In this document: one piece after another, positions 1-9,535 of the stretch
How the letters are laid out: every line of letters begins with the position of its first letter
Position numbering within the stretch: position 1 is the stretch's first letter
Assembly: GCA_937870915.1 (NCBI GenBank)
Contig: CALMZQ010000166.1
Location: 66 to 64,065, forward strand
Length of the DNA stretch: 64,000 nt
Direction: 5' to 3'
Source: an uncultured Ignavibacteria bacterium
Lineage (GTDB): Bacteria; Bacteroidota; Ignavibacteria; Kapaibacteriales; Kapaibacteriaceae
Translations under genes and position numbers: made by a program
Notes under the pieces: generated by a model
Seen by the model: the letters and a program-made list of their open reading frames with translations, nothing else
Told to the model about the DNA's origin: nothing
Databases searched by the model: none

Positions 1-14
1 TGGCTCATATCCCC

Positions 15-1628
15 ATGAAGAACAGACCAATTCGTCTCATCCTCCTCGCATGTACGGCAGTTGCCGTTGGTATCGGTTTAGGATTCTATGTCCAACCGGC
101 CTTTTCCGGCGATTCTGTGATGGACCAAACTCGCAAGTTCTCAGATGTGCTTTCAATGGCCGTCAAGAATTATGTAGAGGACGTTGATACACAGAAGCTC
201 ACCGAAGCGGCAATCAAGGGCATGCTCGATGAACTCGACCCGCACTCCGTTTACATCACTGCAAAAGAAATGCAGAAGGTAGAAGAGGACTTCCGAGGCT
301 CATTCGATGGTATCGGTGTGGAGTTTGATATCGTCAATGACACGATCACCGTAGTCTCGCCTATCACAGGTGGCCCAAGTGAGGCACTTGGCATTCAGGC
401 AGGTGACAAAATCGTGCGTATCAATGATACAACGTCTATCAAACTCACGCGAGAAATGGTCCCAAAGAAGCTCCGTGGGCCAAAGGGCACAGTAGTAAAG
501 CTTCACATTCGGCGTGCCGGTGAAAAAGAACTCCTCGTGTTTGACGTGATCAGAGACAAGATCCCGATCAACTCGGTTGATGCGCACTTCATGATCGAAG
601 GCACAGACATCGGATACGTTACCATCAACCGCTTCAGTTCTACCACGTACGATGAGCTGATGAATGCCACAGAAGCGCTTCGTACGCAAGGCATGAAGAG
701 ACTTTTGTTGGATTTGCGATATAATCCAGGCGGCTTCCTAGATCAAGCGTTCAAAATCGCAGATGAGATCGTACCGGCTGGACAAAAACTCGTCTACACC
801 AAGGGTCGTCGTCCGGAGTTTGATGAAGACTTTTGGTCTACCGGCGGTGGATCCCTCGAGAACATCCCACTTGTTGTGATGATCAACGGTGGATCTGCGT
901 CTGCAAGCGAGATCGTTTCCGGTGCGGTTCAGGATCTCGATAGAGGACTCGTTGTTGGCGAAACATCCTTTGGTAAGGGGCTTGTCCAACGTCAGTACCC
1001 GCTGGGCGATGGCTCTGCATTCCGTCTTACGATTTCTCGCTATTACACACCTTCGGGACGTCTCATCCAGAGACCATATGATGACAAGGCCAAGTATTAT
1101 AAGGGTGAAGGTCGCGACGAAGGTGATGAAGGTGACAACATCGAGCACAATGCAGATGATTCAACCAAGACACGCCCCAAGTTCACAACCATTGGTGGAC
1201 GTACGGTATACGGTGGTGGTGGCGTTACCCCAGACTACATCGTCAAGCAAGACACCGTAGGATTCCTCGCACGAAAACTGCGGGCAAAGAATGTATTCTG
1301 GGAAACCGCGGATCAAATCATGAAGAATCGTGGTAAGGAGATCAGAGCCGCCTTTGGGACCGATCTAAAGAAGTATCTGCGTGAGTTTACAGTCACTGAA
1401 GCAGATATGGATGTGATGAAATCCTTTGCGAAAGCAAAAGATGTTGAGTGGAAGGCAGATGAATACAAGCAGGATGAAGAATATCTTCACTTGGTTGTGA
1501 AAGCGCTGATCGGCCGAGCCGTGTACAACAACAATGGATACACGGCGGTTATGCTAACGATGGACAAGCAGGCTAAAAAGGCCATGGAGCTGTTCCCGGA
1601 AGCAAAAAAGATTGCGCGACTGAAATAA
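15..1628 (+). CDS. C-terminal processing (tail-specific) peptidase, S41 family
   Basis: 537-aa ORF with ATG at 15. N-terminal hydrophobic anchor (LILLACTAVAVGIGLGF), PDZ-like segment GIQAGDKIVRIND, S41 serine context INGGSASASEIVSGA and FGKGLVQ. Confidence 0.9.
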   Translation: MKNRPIRLILLACTAVAVGIGLGFYVQPAFSGDSVMDQTRKFSDVLSMAVKNYVEDVDTQKLTEAAIKGMLDELDPHSVYITAKEMQKVEEDFRGSFDGIGVEFDIVNDTITVVSPITGGPSEALGIQAGDKIVRINDTTSIKLTREMVPKKLRGPKGTVVKLHIRRAGEKELLVFDVIRDKIPINSVDAHFMIEGTDIGYVTINRFSSTTYDELMNATEALRTQGMKRLLLDLRYNPGGFLDQAFKIADEIVPAGQKLVYTKGRRPEFDEDFWSTGGGSLENIPLVVMINGGSASASEIVSGAVQDLDRGLVVGETSFGKGLVQRQYPLGDGSAFRLTISRYYTPSGRLIQRPYDDKAKYYKGEGRDEGDEGDNIEHNADDSTKTRPKFTTIGGRTVYGGGGVTPDYIVKQDTVGFLARKLRAKNVFWETADQIMKNRGKEIRAAFGTDLKKYLREFTVTEADMDVMKSFAKAKDVEWKADEYKQDEEYLHLVVKALIGRAVYNNNGYTAVMLTMDKQAKKAMELFPEAKKIARLK

Positions 1629-1651
1629 TTCGATTTTAATCAGGAAACCCC

Positions 1652-2446
1652 ATGTTGTCAGCTTTTATCCGAGCGTGTGTTGTTGTTTCAATCGTAATTG
1701 TGGGTCTGGCACCAGCCATGGCTCAAGACGGCAGCTACGTTTATCCCGGAGAAGAGCTCACGTATCGAGTGTCGTATCTCAATATCACGCTTGGAACCAT
1801 CAAGACCATCACTGAGCCCTACACCATGATTAATGGGAAGAAGTCGGTGAAGGTGAAGGTCTTCATCGATTCACACCCAAACATCCCCTTCGTCTCCTTG
1901 CATGCCATCTATGAATCGTGGATGGATTCAACGGCTTCACATGCTTTGAAGTTCACGGCCAACACGGAGATCGAAGACAAACAATGGGAGTTTGATCAGT
2001 ACATCTTTGATTATGACAAGCGTAAGATCTACGCCGATAAATACCGCGACAAGCAGAAAATCAAGTCCAAGGTATTTGACATCAAGAAGCGGTATAATGA
2101 CGGCAGCTCCATCCTCTTTGCTGCACGCTCCCTCGTGAACGTTAAGAAGAGTCTTCGTCTGCCTACCGTGATCATGGATGACACCGTGAACACGGTCATC
2201 AATTTTAATGGAACGAAAGAAGCCATCAACATTGATGCTTCATCCTATCCGATCAAGACGGTGTTCTTCAGTGGTGATGCCAATTGGACCGGCATCTACG
2301 GACTTTCCGGTCGCTTTGAAGGATGGTTCAGTGATGATGAAGCTCGAATTCCCATCAAGGCGAAGATGAAGCTCTACGTAGGTTCTGCAACCATCGAGCT
2401 CCTAACGTGGCGCCGTGGTAAGTGGCAGCCACCGAAGGCGGATTAA
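1652..2446 (+). CDS. secreted hypothetical protein, DUF3108-like
   Basis: 264-aa ORF with signal peptide (VVSIVIVGLAPAMAQD). The GEELTYRVSYLNITLGTI opening resembles DUF3108-family proteins. No catalytic motif recognised. Confidence 0.45.
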   Translation: MLSAFIRACVVVSIVIVGLAPAMAQDGSYVYPGEELTYRVSYLNITLGTIKTITEPYTMINGKKSVKVKVFIDSHPNIPFVSLHAIYESWMDSTASHALKFTANTEIEDKQWEFDQYIFDYDKRKIYADKYRDKQKIKSKVFDIKKRYNDGSSILFAARSLVNVKKSLRLPTVIMDDTVNTVINFNGTKEAINIDASSYPIKTVFFSGDANWTGIYGLSGRFEGWFSDDEARIPIKAKMKLYVGSATIELLTWRRGKWQPPKAD

Positions 2447-2470
2447 CATCCTTCGCTCTCGTTACAACGT

Positions 2471-3376
2471 ATGCGCACGGTTATCATCGACGGAGGTGGG
2501 TCTACAACGGATGTGGCACTTGCCGTTGATGGTGTATGTGTTGCTCGCACGAGCCTTCCAAGCGTTAAACCAACGCCTGCCGATCTGCACACAGACGAAC
2601 TATGCAGAATGCTGGGATCGTTCCTGGCCGGTACCTCAGTAACACCTGATGCGGATATCACGTCGCGATTGAGCGGCGCGATCGTTGGAATGGCCGGCAT
2701 TTGGTCTGCATCGGAGATCCACAGATATACACGTGCGCTTCGAGACTCGTGGGAGATGTACGTTGGTCCGGATGTTCCAAACCTTGCGGTGATGAGTGAT
2801 GCTGAACTTGTGATCTATGGTGCCTATGGAATACAACCAGGCATGGTGGTCATTGCCGGCACAGGTTCTATTGCATTGCTCCGTAGCGCAAGCGGCGATC
2901 TCACACGTTGTGGAGGATGGGGGCCGAGGATCGACGACGCCGGTGGAGGCTTCTGGCTGGGGAGGCAGGCATGTAAGGCAGTTGCGCACATGTTAGACGG
3001 CAGAGGCCCGAACACCCTGCTCATACGTCCGGTAGCTGCCTATGTACGTGCAGACGCAGAAGATCTTGAAAGTGTTCGCATAGCTCTGCGCAGAGTGTCC
3101 ATCGATGGCGTTGCTCGGCTTGGAGCGGCTGTCCTAACCTATGCTGATGAAGACGACGAATGTGCACAAACGATTCGTCACGCAGGAGCAGCAGCACTAG
3201 CAGGACTCGTACGCACGCTCGATCCATTAGCCATACATGGAGTTACCATCTATGGATCGCTATGGCAAAATGAAGCCTACCGCACAGAAGTGGAACAGTT
3301 ATGTGGCCGCAATCTTGAACCGCTGAATGACCTACTTGAGGCTGTGGCGATGACGATCGACCCACCAGCCCCATAA
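2471..3376 (+). CDS. BadF/BadG/BcrA/BcrD-type ATPase (N-acetylglucosamine-kinase-like)
   Basis: Actin-fold phosphate motifs VIIDGGGSTTDVA near the N-terminus and VVIAGTGSIA mid-protein. Size of 301 aa fits the family. Confidence 0.7.
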   Translation: MRTVIIDGGGSTTDVALAVDGVCVARTSLPSVKPTPADLHTDELCRMLGSFLAGTSVTPDADITSRLSGAIVGMAGIWSASEIHRYTRALRDSWEMYVGPDVPNLAVMSDAELVIYGAYGIQPGMVVIAGTGSIALLRSASGDLTRCGGWGPRIDDAGGGFWLGRQACKAVAHMLDGRGPNTLLIRPVAAYVRADAEDLESVRIALRRVSIDGVARLGAAVLTYADEDDECAQTIRHAGAAALAGLVRTLDPLAIHGVTIYGSLWQNEAYRTEVEQLCGRNLEPLNDLLEAVAMTIDPPAP

Positions 3377-3985
3377 CACAATGATCCACATTGCATTTCC
3401 TGCGATAGCGATCATGTCCTCGCTAGGCGGTGGAGGACCGAGGATGTTGCTCAGATATATCGAGACCAAGAAGACCACTAGTGCGAGGAGTCCCCATCTG
3501 CCAATCTTGTCATCTGCAGAAGTTGATTTCATGTAGACAACTACGCCGGCTACAAAGAGTCCGACCTCGAGCAGTAATGTCAACGGCAGGCTATTCCAAA
3601 GCCCAAGTCCAACCTTTGGTGATGTAGTGCTGAAAAGGGGCAGATCCGGTCGGTGCATGATGAGGTCCAAGATCCAATGGCTCATCGTCACACATCCAAC
3701 TACGACCGCTGCATGGACATTCCGTCCACGCCAGAACACAAGCCCGGCAAATAGGATTGACCACACTACAGTTCCGATCAGGGAATGTGTTATCGGATAG
3801 TCGTAGAAGTCGAGTGGGGTTACCACCGTGATGCCCGGTACTACACGGACATGTTCCACTCCCAGCAAAAGAAAGAGTGGCCAGAGGAGATCTACGAGCT
3901 GGGATGCTGCAAACAGTGTGCCCAGTGATGTAGTAGGTGAGAACCGTTTTGCTGCAAAGGCAACGGCAAAGTGGCCGATGAACAT
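3332..3985 (-). CDS. polytopic membrane protein, YdjM/DUF457-like putative metal-dependent hydrolase
   Basis: 217 aa with several hydrophobic helices and His/Asp clusters (ITHSL, SHWILDLIMH). It has a 45-nt convergent overlap with the preceding gene. Confidence 0.5.
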   Translation of the reverse strand: MFIGHFAVAFAAKRFSPTTSLGTLFAASQLVDLLWPLFLLLGVEHVRVVPGITVVTPLDFYDYPITHSLIGTVVWSILFAGLVFWRGRNVHAAVVVGCVTMSHWILDLIMHRPDLPLFSTTSPKVGLGLWNSLPLTLLLEVGLFVAGVVVYMKSTSADDKIGRWGLLALVVFLVSIYLSNILGPPPPSEDMIAIAGNAMWIIVLWGWWVDRHRHSLK

Positions 3986-3997
3986 GCTGAACTCCTG

Positions 3998-4936
3998 TTA
4001 TTGAACTGCGGATTCGAGGAGAGTCATACGTTTTGCGCGCGAAGATAGGCGGGTGAGCACGCCAAATGGTAATGTGAGTTTTGTTGGTTCATGACCATAC
4101 ATAAGGTCCATAAGAATCGGACCCCGAGTTAGGTCTAAGCGTTCAGCAAGCACCTCAGCTACATCTCGATGTGGAGTTGAACCGCGCGGTCGAGATTCTT
4201 GCGACCAAAAACCATAGGCAACCCCTGCAGGACGCGAGCGCTTCGTGGCATAAGCAAGCTGGGTGAGCATGCGATCGATGCGATAAGTTTCTTCGCCAAC
4301 ATCTTCCAGTGCAAGAATAGTATTTCGCAGTGAAGGCATGTAGGGAGTTCCAATGATAGAGCACACTACACTGAGGTTGCCACCGAGGAGCCTACCCTCT
4401 GCTTCGCCCCCTTGAATCGTGTTCATTGACCAAGGTTGTTTGAGAGCACCTAGAGGTTTGCGTGATGTAAGCACACGCCAGAATTGTTCTTCAGACGCTG
4501 CGTTGAATGTGTTTGCCATATCTACGCTCGGCATTGCACCGCTGAACGTAACAAGTCTACAAGAATTCCATAGGGTGAGCTGTAAGGCCGTGATATCGGA
4601 GAATCCTACCAGGATCTTAGGATTCTTCCTGATGAGGCCTGTATTGAGTCCGGCTAAAAGACGTGCCGAGCCGTACCCGCCCCTTGAGCAAAAGATTGCA
4701 TCAATCTGTGGATCGGAAAACATATCGTGGATATCTGACAGACGTTCTTCGTCCGTACCAGCCAAATACCCGGCATAGTGAGATGTGGAATACTTGCCGA
4801 GCGCAACGGAATAGCCGAGACCTTCGAGATACCGTATCCCTTTGTCCAGATTAGACTTATCTCTCTGAGGCGATGCCGGCGAAATTATGCCGATCGTGCC
4901 GTTTTTCTTCAGTGCTGTGGGAAACAGGGGCTTCAT
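3998..4936 (-). CDS. LD-carboxypeptidase (peptidase S66)
   Basis: S66 motifs GIISPASP, FCSRGGYGSARLL and VGFSDITAL. I chose ATG 4936 (MKPLFP...) over the ORF-track start at 5119, because the extra 61 codons have no family-like sequence. Confidence 0.8.
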   Translation of the reverse strand: MKPLFPTALKKNGTIGIISPASPQRDKSNLDKGIRYLEGLGYSVALGKYSTSHYAGYLAGTDEERLSDIHDMFSDPQIDAIFCSRGGYGSARLLAGLNTGLIRKNPKILVGFSDITALQLTLWNSCRLVTFSGAMPSVDMANTFNAASEEQFWRVLTSRKPLGALKQPWSMNTIQGGEAEGRLLGGNLSVVCSIIGTPYMPSLRNTILALEDVGEETYRIDRMLTQLAYATKRSRPAGVAYGFWSQESRPRGSTPHRDVAEVLAERLDLTRGPILMDLMYGHEPTKLTLPFGVLTRLSSRAKRMTLLESAVQ

Positions 4937-5002
4937 AGGGTATAAAGATGGGGAAAACTTGTGAAGATTGGCATGGAAGTTGGAGCCGTGGTATGTTCGA
5001 CC

Positions 5003-7582
5003 ATGGTTCGGGGACTGTACCATATCGTCGGGATCCTCTTCTGCGCTGCCATTTCGGCAAGCGCACAGGGTACTGTGTTCGCCCCCCCATCCTTGATCTC
5101 TGGCGAGATCAACAATCACGAGGCAATTGCAGAGATATTCCCGTGCGATAGTACGGTGAGGATGCGGCAGCCAACGCAGTTTCGTGTTGGCGAAGAAGTG
5201 CTCATGATCCAGATGAAGGGGGCTCGCATCATCGAGACCGATGATTCCACCTATGGTAGGATCACGGACATGAATGGTGCTGGCTGCGCGGAGTTCCTTG
5301 TCATTGGTGCTATCACAAATGACCGCATTACGTTTACATCAACATGGGTTCACCCCTATGATCCGTCAGGCAGTATTCAACTCGTAAGTGTTCCTACCTT
5401 AGGAGATGCCGTCACAACCGGAACCGTTACTGCAAAGAGTTGGAATGGCACTGTAGGTGGTGTAGTGGTGCTCCGAGTGGTTGGCACCCTCAGGCTCGTA
5501 AACAACATTGATGTGTCCGGACTGGGGTTCCGCGGTGGCTTCCCGTCCTTCCCTGTGGATGTATGCACTCCTGATGAATGGGGCTCCTATTACATCTTTG
5601 GTGGTGGTGGCGAGAAGGGCGATGGCATCGCAACAATTGGGTCGAATCAAGCTCTGGCCAGCCGTGGACCATATGCAAATGGTGGTGGTGGTGGCAACGG
5701 AGGCAATGCCGGTGGTGCCGGCGGAAGCAATGCCGGCAATGGAGGCCATGGTGGAGATGCAAACACGTTTTGCCCCGTGTTTAAAGGTCAAGGGGGCTAT
5801 CCGGGACAAGCTGTTGACTCACTATTACTGAAGCAACGCGTGTTTATGGGCGGCGGTGGTGGTGGCGGACATCAGAATAACATCCAAGGAACCGCAGGTG
5901 CACCGGGTGGCGGTATCGTTATCATTAAAGCAAACTCCATTACCTCTTCAGGTGGACAAATCCTTGCACGCGGAAATCGTGTAGCAGACACCGCTGCGTG
6001 GAATGATCCAACCTACATGCAACCCGGCGATGGCGCGGGCGGTGGCGGCGCGGGCGGTACCGTGCTGCTTGATGTGACTGGCGGATCGGGTGCCTTCACT
6101 GTGGACGTGCAAGGGGGTGACGGGGGCTATGTTGGTGCTCGCTACCAACCAAATGGACCGGGCGGAGGAGGTGGTGGCGGTGCTGTTATTCTTACAAACC
6201 CGCTCCCTCAACTCAATGCCATCGTGAATGGTGGTAAGCCGGGAACTCATACATCACCGGAAACAGCAGACAGTGTACGCAATAGCTCTTGGGGAGCAAC
6301 GGGTGGTACTGATGGTCGTGTTGTTGTTGGTTTTGCGTGGAAGTTCCCATCAAGAAAAGCCTTTACTGCTTCTGGCGGAGGAGACATCTGTCCAGGAGAC
6401 AGCGTTACCCTCACAGCAATGCCTGGCTTTATGTTGTACCGTTGGAGTAACGGAAGAACAGAACCCACAATTCGTGTTGGTGATGCCGGGATCTATAGCG
6501 TTACAGTTACAGACAGTGGCGGGTGTAGACAGACCGTAGGTGGTATGGTTGTGAAGCTCGACCCAACACTGATCGACATTCCTGCAACACTCGACTTTGG
6601 AAGCGTCGATTTCAAGCGGTCGTACCGAAAGATGTTAACCATTCGCAGCTTGGATGACGATACGATCGTTGTTACCGGCGTGTCTAACACCGTGGGGTTC
6701 ACTGTTGTTGATCCAGCGATCTTTCCTGCAACAATTGCCCCCTTTGGAAATCTGGATGTAGAGATTGAGTTTGTTGCCAATGAGCCTCGCGAGTACTTTG
6801 GTACCATCAACGTGGAAGTTGCGGAGCCATGTGCACTAGCTCGAACAGTGGATCTGCACGCAAAGGTCAATCCGGTTCGGCTTCATGTGTTTATGCCGGA
6901 CACCTTGGCGAAGATGGGCGAAATGAATATGTCCGTGCCTATTTACGCTACTCTTATGCCAGATACAGTCTCTCTGCCCAATTCATTGATGCGAATTCGG
7001 GTGGCAGTGAACTCTCGCATGTTTGCACCAACAGGAGTGACACGTGGACGGATCGTTGGAGACGTTATCGATATGATCAACGATGTTCGTACGGTTGATA
7101 TCGAGATCGACTCAATCACGATTCCTGCGCTCACATCTGTCCTTACCCGAGTGGTTGGCAGCGTACTGCTTAGTGGCGAAGAGAAGTCTGTCCTTGATGT
7201 GATTGGAGTTGAGTGGATACGCTCCGAACAAACACCGATCCTCACAATGAACGATGGATCTCTTACTGTAGATCCGGTATGTTTTGCGAATGGCCGGATG
7301 ATTACGATCCTGAAATTCACTCCGTTGGCTGTTTGGCCTAATCCTGCATCCGACATTCTTAACGTATCAACCACGTTACACGCTCAGGGTATGTATCGGA
7401 TAACCATCACGGACATCCTTGGCAGGACACTAGCCTCATACTCAGAGACCGTGGCGTCGGTTGGCCAGTCTCGCCCCCTAACCCTCACCTTCCCGGTTGC
7501 TTCTTGGGAACAAGGCACCTATTCCGTGCAGCTTGTTTCTCCGCTAGGGACAGAGGTTGCTTCGGTTGTCATCAGGCACTAA
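5003..7582 (+). CDS. glycine-rich secreted adhesin-like protein with T9SS C-terminal sorting domain
   Basis: Signal peptide MVRGLYHIVGILFCAAISASAQG starts at ATG 5003. Long GGxGG runs lie at about 5590-6200 (GGGGGNGGNAGGAGGSNAGNGGHGGD; GGGGGGGHQN; GDGAGGGGAGGTVLLDV). There is a Cys-bracketed Ig-like module (CPGDSVTLTA...YRWSNG...VTVTDSGGC), an LDFGSV-type Ig domain, and a terminal VWPNPASDILNV...YSVQL T9SS-type CTD. Confidence 0.75.
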   Translation: MVRGLYHIVGILFCAAISASAQGTVFAPPSLISGEINNHEAIAEIFPCDSTVRMRQPTQFRVGEEVLMIQMKGARIIETDDSTYGRITDMNGAGCAEFLVIGAITNDRITFTSTWVHPYDPSGSIQLVSVPTLGDAVTTGTVTAKSWNGTVGGVVVLRVVGTLRLVNNIDVSGLGFRGGFPSFPVDVCTPDEWGSYYIFGGGGEKGDGIATIGSNQALASRGPYANGGGGGNGGNAGGAGGSNAGNGGHGGDANTFCPVFKGQGGYPGQAVDSLLLKQRVFMGGGGGGGHQNNIQGTAGAPGGGIVIIKANSITSSGGQILARGNRVADTAAWNDPTYMQPGDGAGGGGAGGTVLLDVTGGSGAFTVDVQGGDGGYVGARYQPNGPGGGGGGGAVILTNPLPQLNAIVNGGKPGTHTSPETADSVRNSSWGATGGTDGRVVVGFAWKFPSRKAFTASGGGDICPGDSVTLTAMPGFMLYRWSNGRTEPTIRVGDAGIYSVTVTDSGGCRQTVGGMVVKLDPTLIDIPATLDFGSVDFKRSYRKMLTIRSLDDDTIVVTGVSNTVGFTVVDPAIFPATIAPFGNLDVEIEFVANEPREYFGTINVEVAEPCALARTVDLHAKVNPVRLHVFMPDTLAKMGEMNMSVPIYATLMPDTVSLPNSLMRIRVAVNSRMFAPTGVTRGRIVGDVIDMINDVRTVDIEIDSITIPALTSVLTRVVGSVLLSGEEKSVLDVIGVEWIRSEQTPILTMNDGSLTVDPVCFANGRMITILKFTPLAVWPNPASDILNVSTTLHAQGMYRITITDILGRTLASYSETVASVGQSRPLTLTFPVASWEQGTYSVQLVSPLGTEVASVVIRH

Positions 7583-8955
7583 CTCGGTGAACCTGAGGCG
7601 ATGACGATGTCTGGCCGAGCCTGCATCACCACATGCATTGCTGTCCGTGCAGATTCTGACGTCCAATCTTCGACAACAGCTGGGATACTCATAAGCGTTT
7701 CCATGAGGACATCTTGTTCCGCTCCGATGCGTTGAGCCTCGTTGTACGGAACATCACTCGAAAATGTCACAAGCGTGTAAAGAGGAATGAACTTTGCAGG
7801 ATAGGTTGCGAACAACCAAGATTCGATCTTTTTACGCCAGAGAAAACGTGGATCTGCAACCTTGTCTCGCATCTCGATAAAGTTGTCGAGCGCAAGTTCG
7901 AGAATCGAATCACCGGCAGGCTTGCGCAGCTTCTGATAGGTTTGTAACGCACTGGCCCAATCGTTATTTGCATGATCGAGACATTCCATCAGGATCCGAC
8001 AGTCTTCAAATCCACAGTTCATTCCCTGGCCGTAAAATGGCACGATGGCGTGCGCTGCATCTCCGATCAACGCTACGCGATCGTTCAATACCCACGGTGA
8101 ACAGCGAACCATCATGAGTGAAGATTCAGGGTTGGTAAAGAAGTCATCGATCAATGATGGCATCAAGGGAACAGCATCTGGGAACTGTTCATTAAAGAAC
8201 GCTTCAACGGCCTCACGCGTACGCAGGTGTTCAAACGATGTTGGACCTTCGTGGGCAAAGAACAACGTGAGTGTAAAGCTGCCGTCCATATTTGGCAGGG
8301 CGATCATCATGAAGCTATGCCGTGGCCAAATGTGAAGCGCGTGTTTCTCAAGTTGAAATGCGCCTGCATCTCCGGGTGGAATATGCAATTCCTTGTAGCC
8401 GTGTTTGAGATATGTCTGTGAATAATCGAATCGATCTGTGAACTGCATCTTTCCGCGTACAGCACTGTAGGCACCGTCTGAACCAAAGAGCACATCGGCT
8501 TCTGCCCTGATAATCTCGCCGGACGGGAGTGTAAAGGTGGCCGTTGCTGTACTGAGGTCAACATCTGAACAACGCGCATCAAAGAGGATCTCAACGCCAT
8601 GACGTTCTGCCACAGTTAGCAACGTCTTGTTGAGTTCTCCGCGCGAAACACTGTTGATTGCCTGACCATCTACTCCGTAGGGTTGATAGGTTTGATTGCC
8701 TGATACATCGTGCATCACCCTTCCATGCATTGGAATTGCTATGGCCAGAATGTCTTCGGCAATTCCCGCAACCTCCAGCGCACGCAGTCCTCGATCCGAC
8801 ATTGCAAGATTGATGGATCGTCCAGCGCCAATGTGTGCGGTGCGCATATCGGGTCTGCGTTCAAAAATGCGAACAGATGCCCCGCGTTTGGCAAGCATTA
8901 CACCGAGTAAGGTACCAACGAGGCCACCGCCAACTATCGTAATGCGATCAGACAT
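7579..8955 (-). CDS. kmo: kynurenine 3-monooxygenase (FAD-dependent)
   Basis: Rossmann dinucleotide motif ITIVGGGLVGTLLGVMLAKRGASVRIFERRPD and the KMO-type motif LIGDAAHAIVPFYGQGMNCGFEDC. Start set at ATG 8955 (MSDRITIVGGG). Confidence 0.85.
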   Translation of the reverse strand: MSDRITIVGGGLVGTLLGVMLAKRGASVRIFERRPDMRTAHIGAGRSINLAMSDRGLRALEVAGIAEDILAIAIPMHGRVMHDVSGNQTYQPYGVDGQAINSVSRGELNKTLLTVAERHGVEILFDARCSDVDLSTATATFTLPSGEIIRAEADVLFGSDGAYSAVRGKMQFTDRFDYSQTYLKHGYKELHIPPGDAGAFQLEKHALHIWPRHSFMMIALPNMDGSFTLTLFFAHEGPTSFEHLRTREAVEAFFNEQFPDAVPLMPSLIDDFFTNPESSLMMVRCSPWVLNDRVALIGDAAHAIVPFYGQGMNCGFEDCRILMECLDHANNDWASALQTYQKLRKPAGDSILELALDNFIEMRDKVADPRFLWRKKIESWLFATYPAKFIPLYTLVTFSSDVPYNEAQRIGAEQDVLMETLMSIPAVVEDWTSESARTAMHVVMQARPDIVIASGSPS

Positions 8956-8965
8956 GATGTGATGT

Positions 8966-9535
8966 TCAGTTTGTGGAATACAAGGGTTCAAAGGATGGGT
9001 CGGCTATCAATGCAGAGCCCCCTGACGGAAGCGAAGCAATGATCCACTCGGTGGACCGAGCTGTGGATTCGAACCGTCCAACTTCTCGGCAGGCTACGGT
9101 AACACGAGTCCACCTACCATCGTTCACAATCTCAACAACGGCAGGTGCCTTTGTGGGAAGGGGCGTTTGGGCGTGTGTCACTCGACCGTTGATTGTAACG
9201 GATGTTTGTGTGTTGTTGATGTCGATGATCATGCCCTTATGCTGAGCCGTTGAATCATCATATGGGGTGGTGCGAGTTTGCAGACGAAGTGTGGAACCCA
9301 TTCGAATCTGCACTTCGGCAGAAAATATTCCGTCCGTGATCCGTGAACATCGCATTGCAATTCGTGCATCATTACTGATAACAAGAGCATTTTCTGCAGT
9401 ACGGTCTACGTTATGTCTGTCATAGAGAATGCGCGTTTGTACCGGCCAACCCGAATATTCCTTCATCGTGAATTCCCAATACGAGCACGATGAAAGGAAG
9501 AATCCAACGAGTATGATCGGAATGATCCTACTCAT
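8966..9535 (-). CDS. lipoprotein of unknown function
   Basis: ATG 9535 gives MSRIIPIILVGFFLSSC (lipobox-like LSSC). The 189-aa product is beta-rich. It overlaps the upstream gene stop by 8 nt. Confidence 0.6.
   Translation of the reverse strand: MSRIIPIILVGFFLSSCSYWEFTMKEYSGWPVQTRILYDRHNVDRTAENALVISNDARIAMRCSRITDGIFSAEVQIRMGSTLRLQTRTTPYDDSTAQHKGMIIDINNTQTSVTINGRVTHAQTPLPTKAPAVVEIVNDGRWTRVTVACREVGRFESTARSTEWIIASLPSGGSALIADPSFEPLYSTN

Noticed and set aside
5377-5831. ORFs in other frames or strands over the glycine-rich region (His-, Trp- and Arg-rich translations)
   Set aside because: They are frame-shifted readings of GGN-rich DNA. The annotated frame links a signal peptide to Ig-like and CTD modules.
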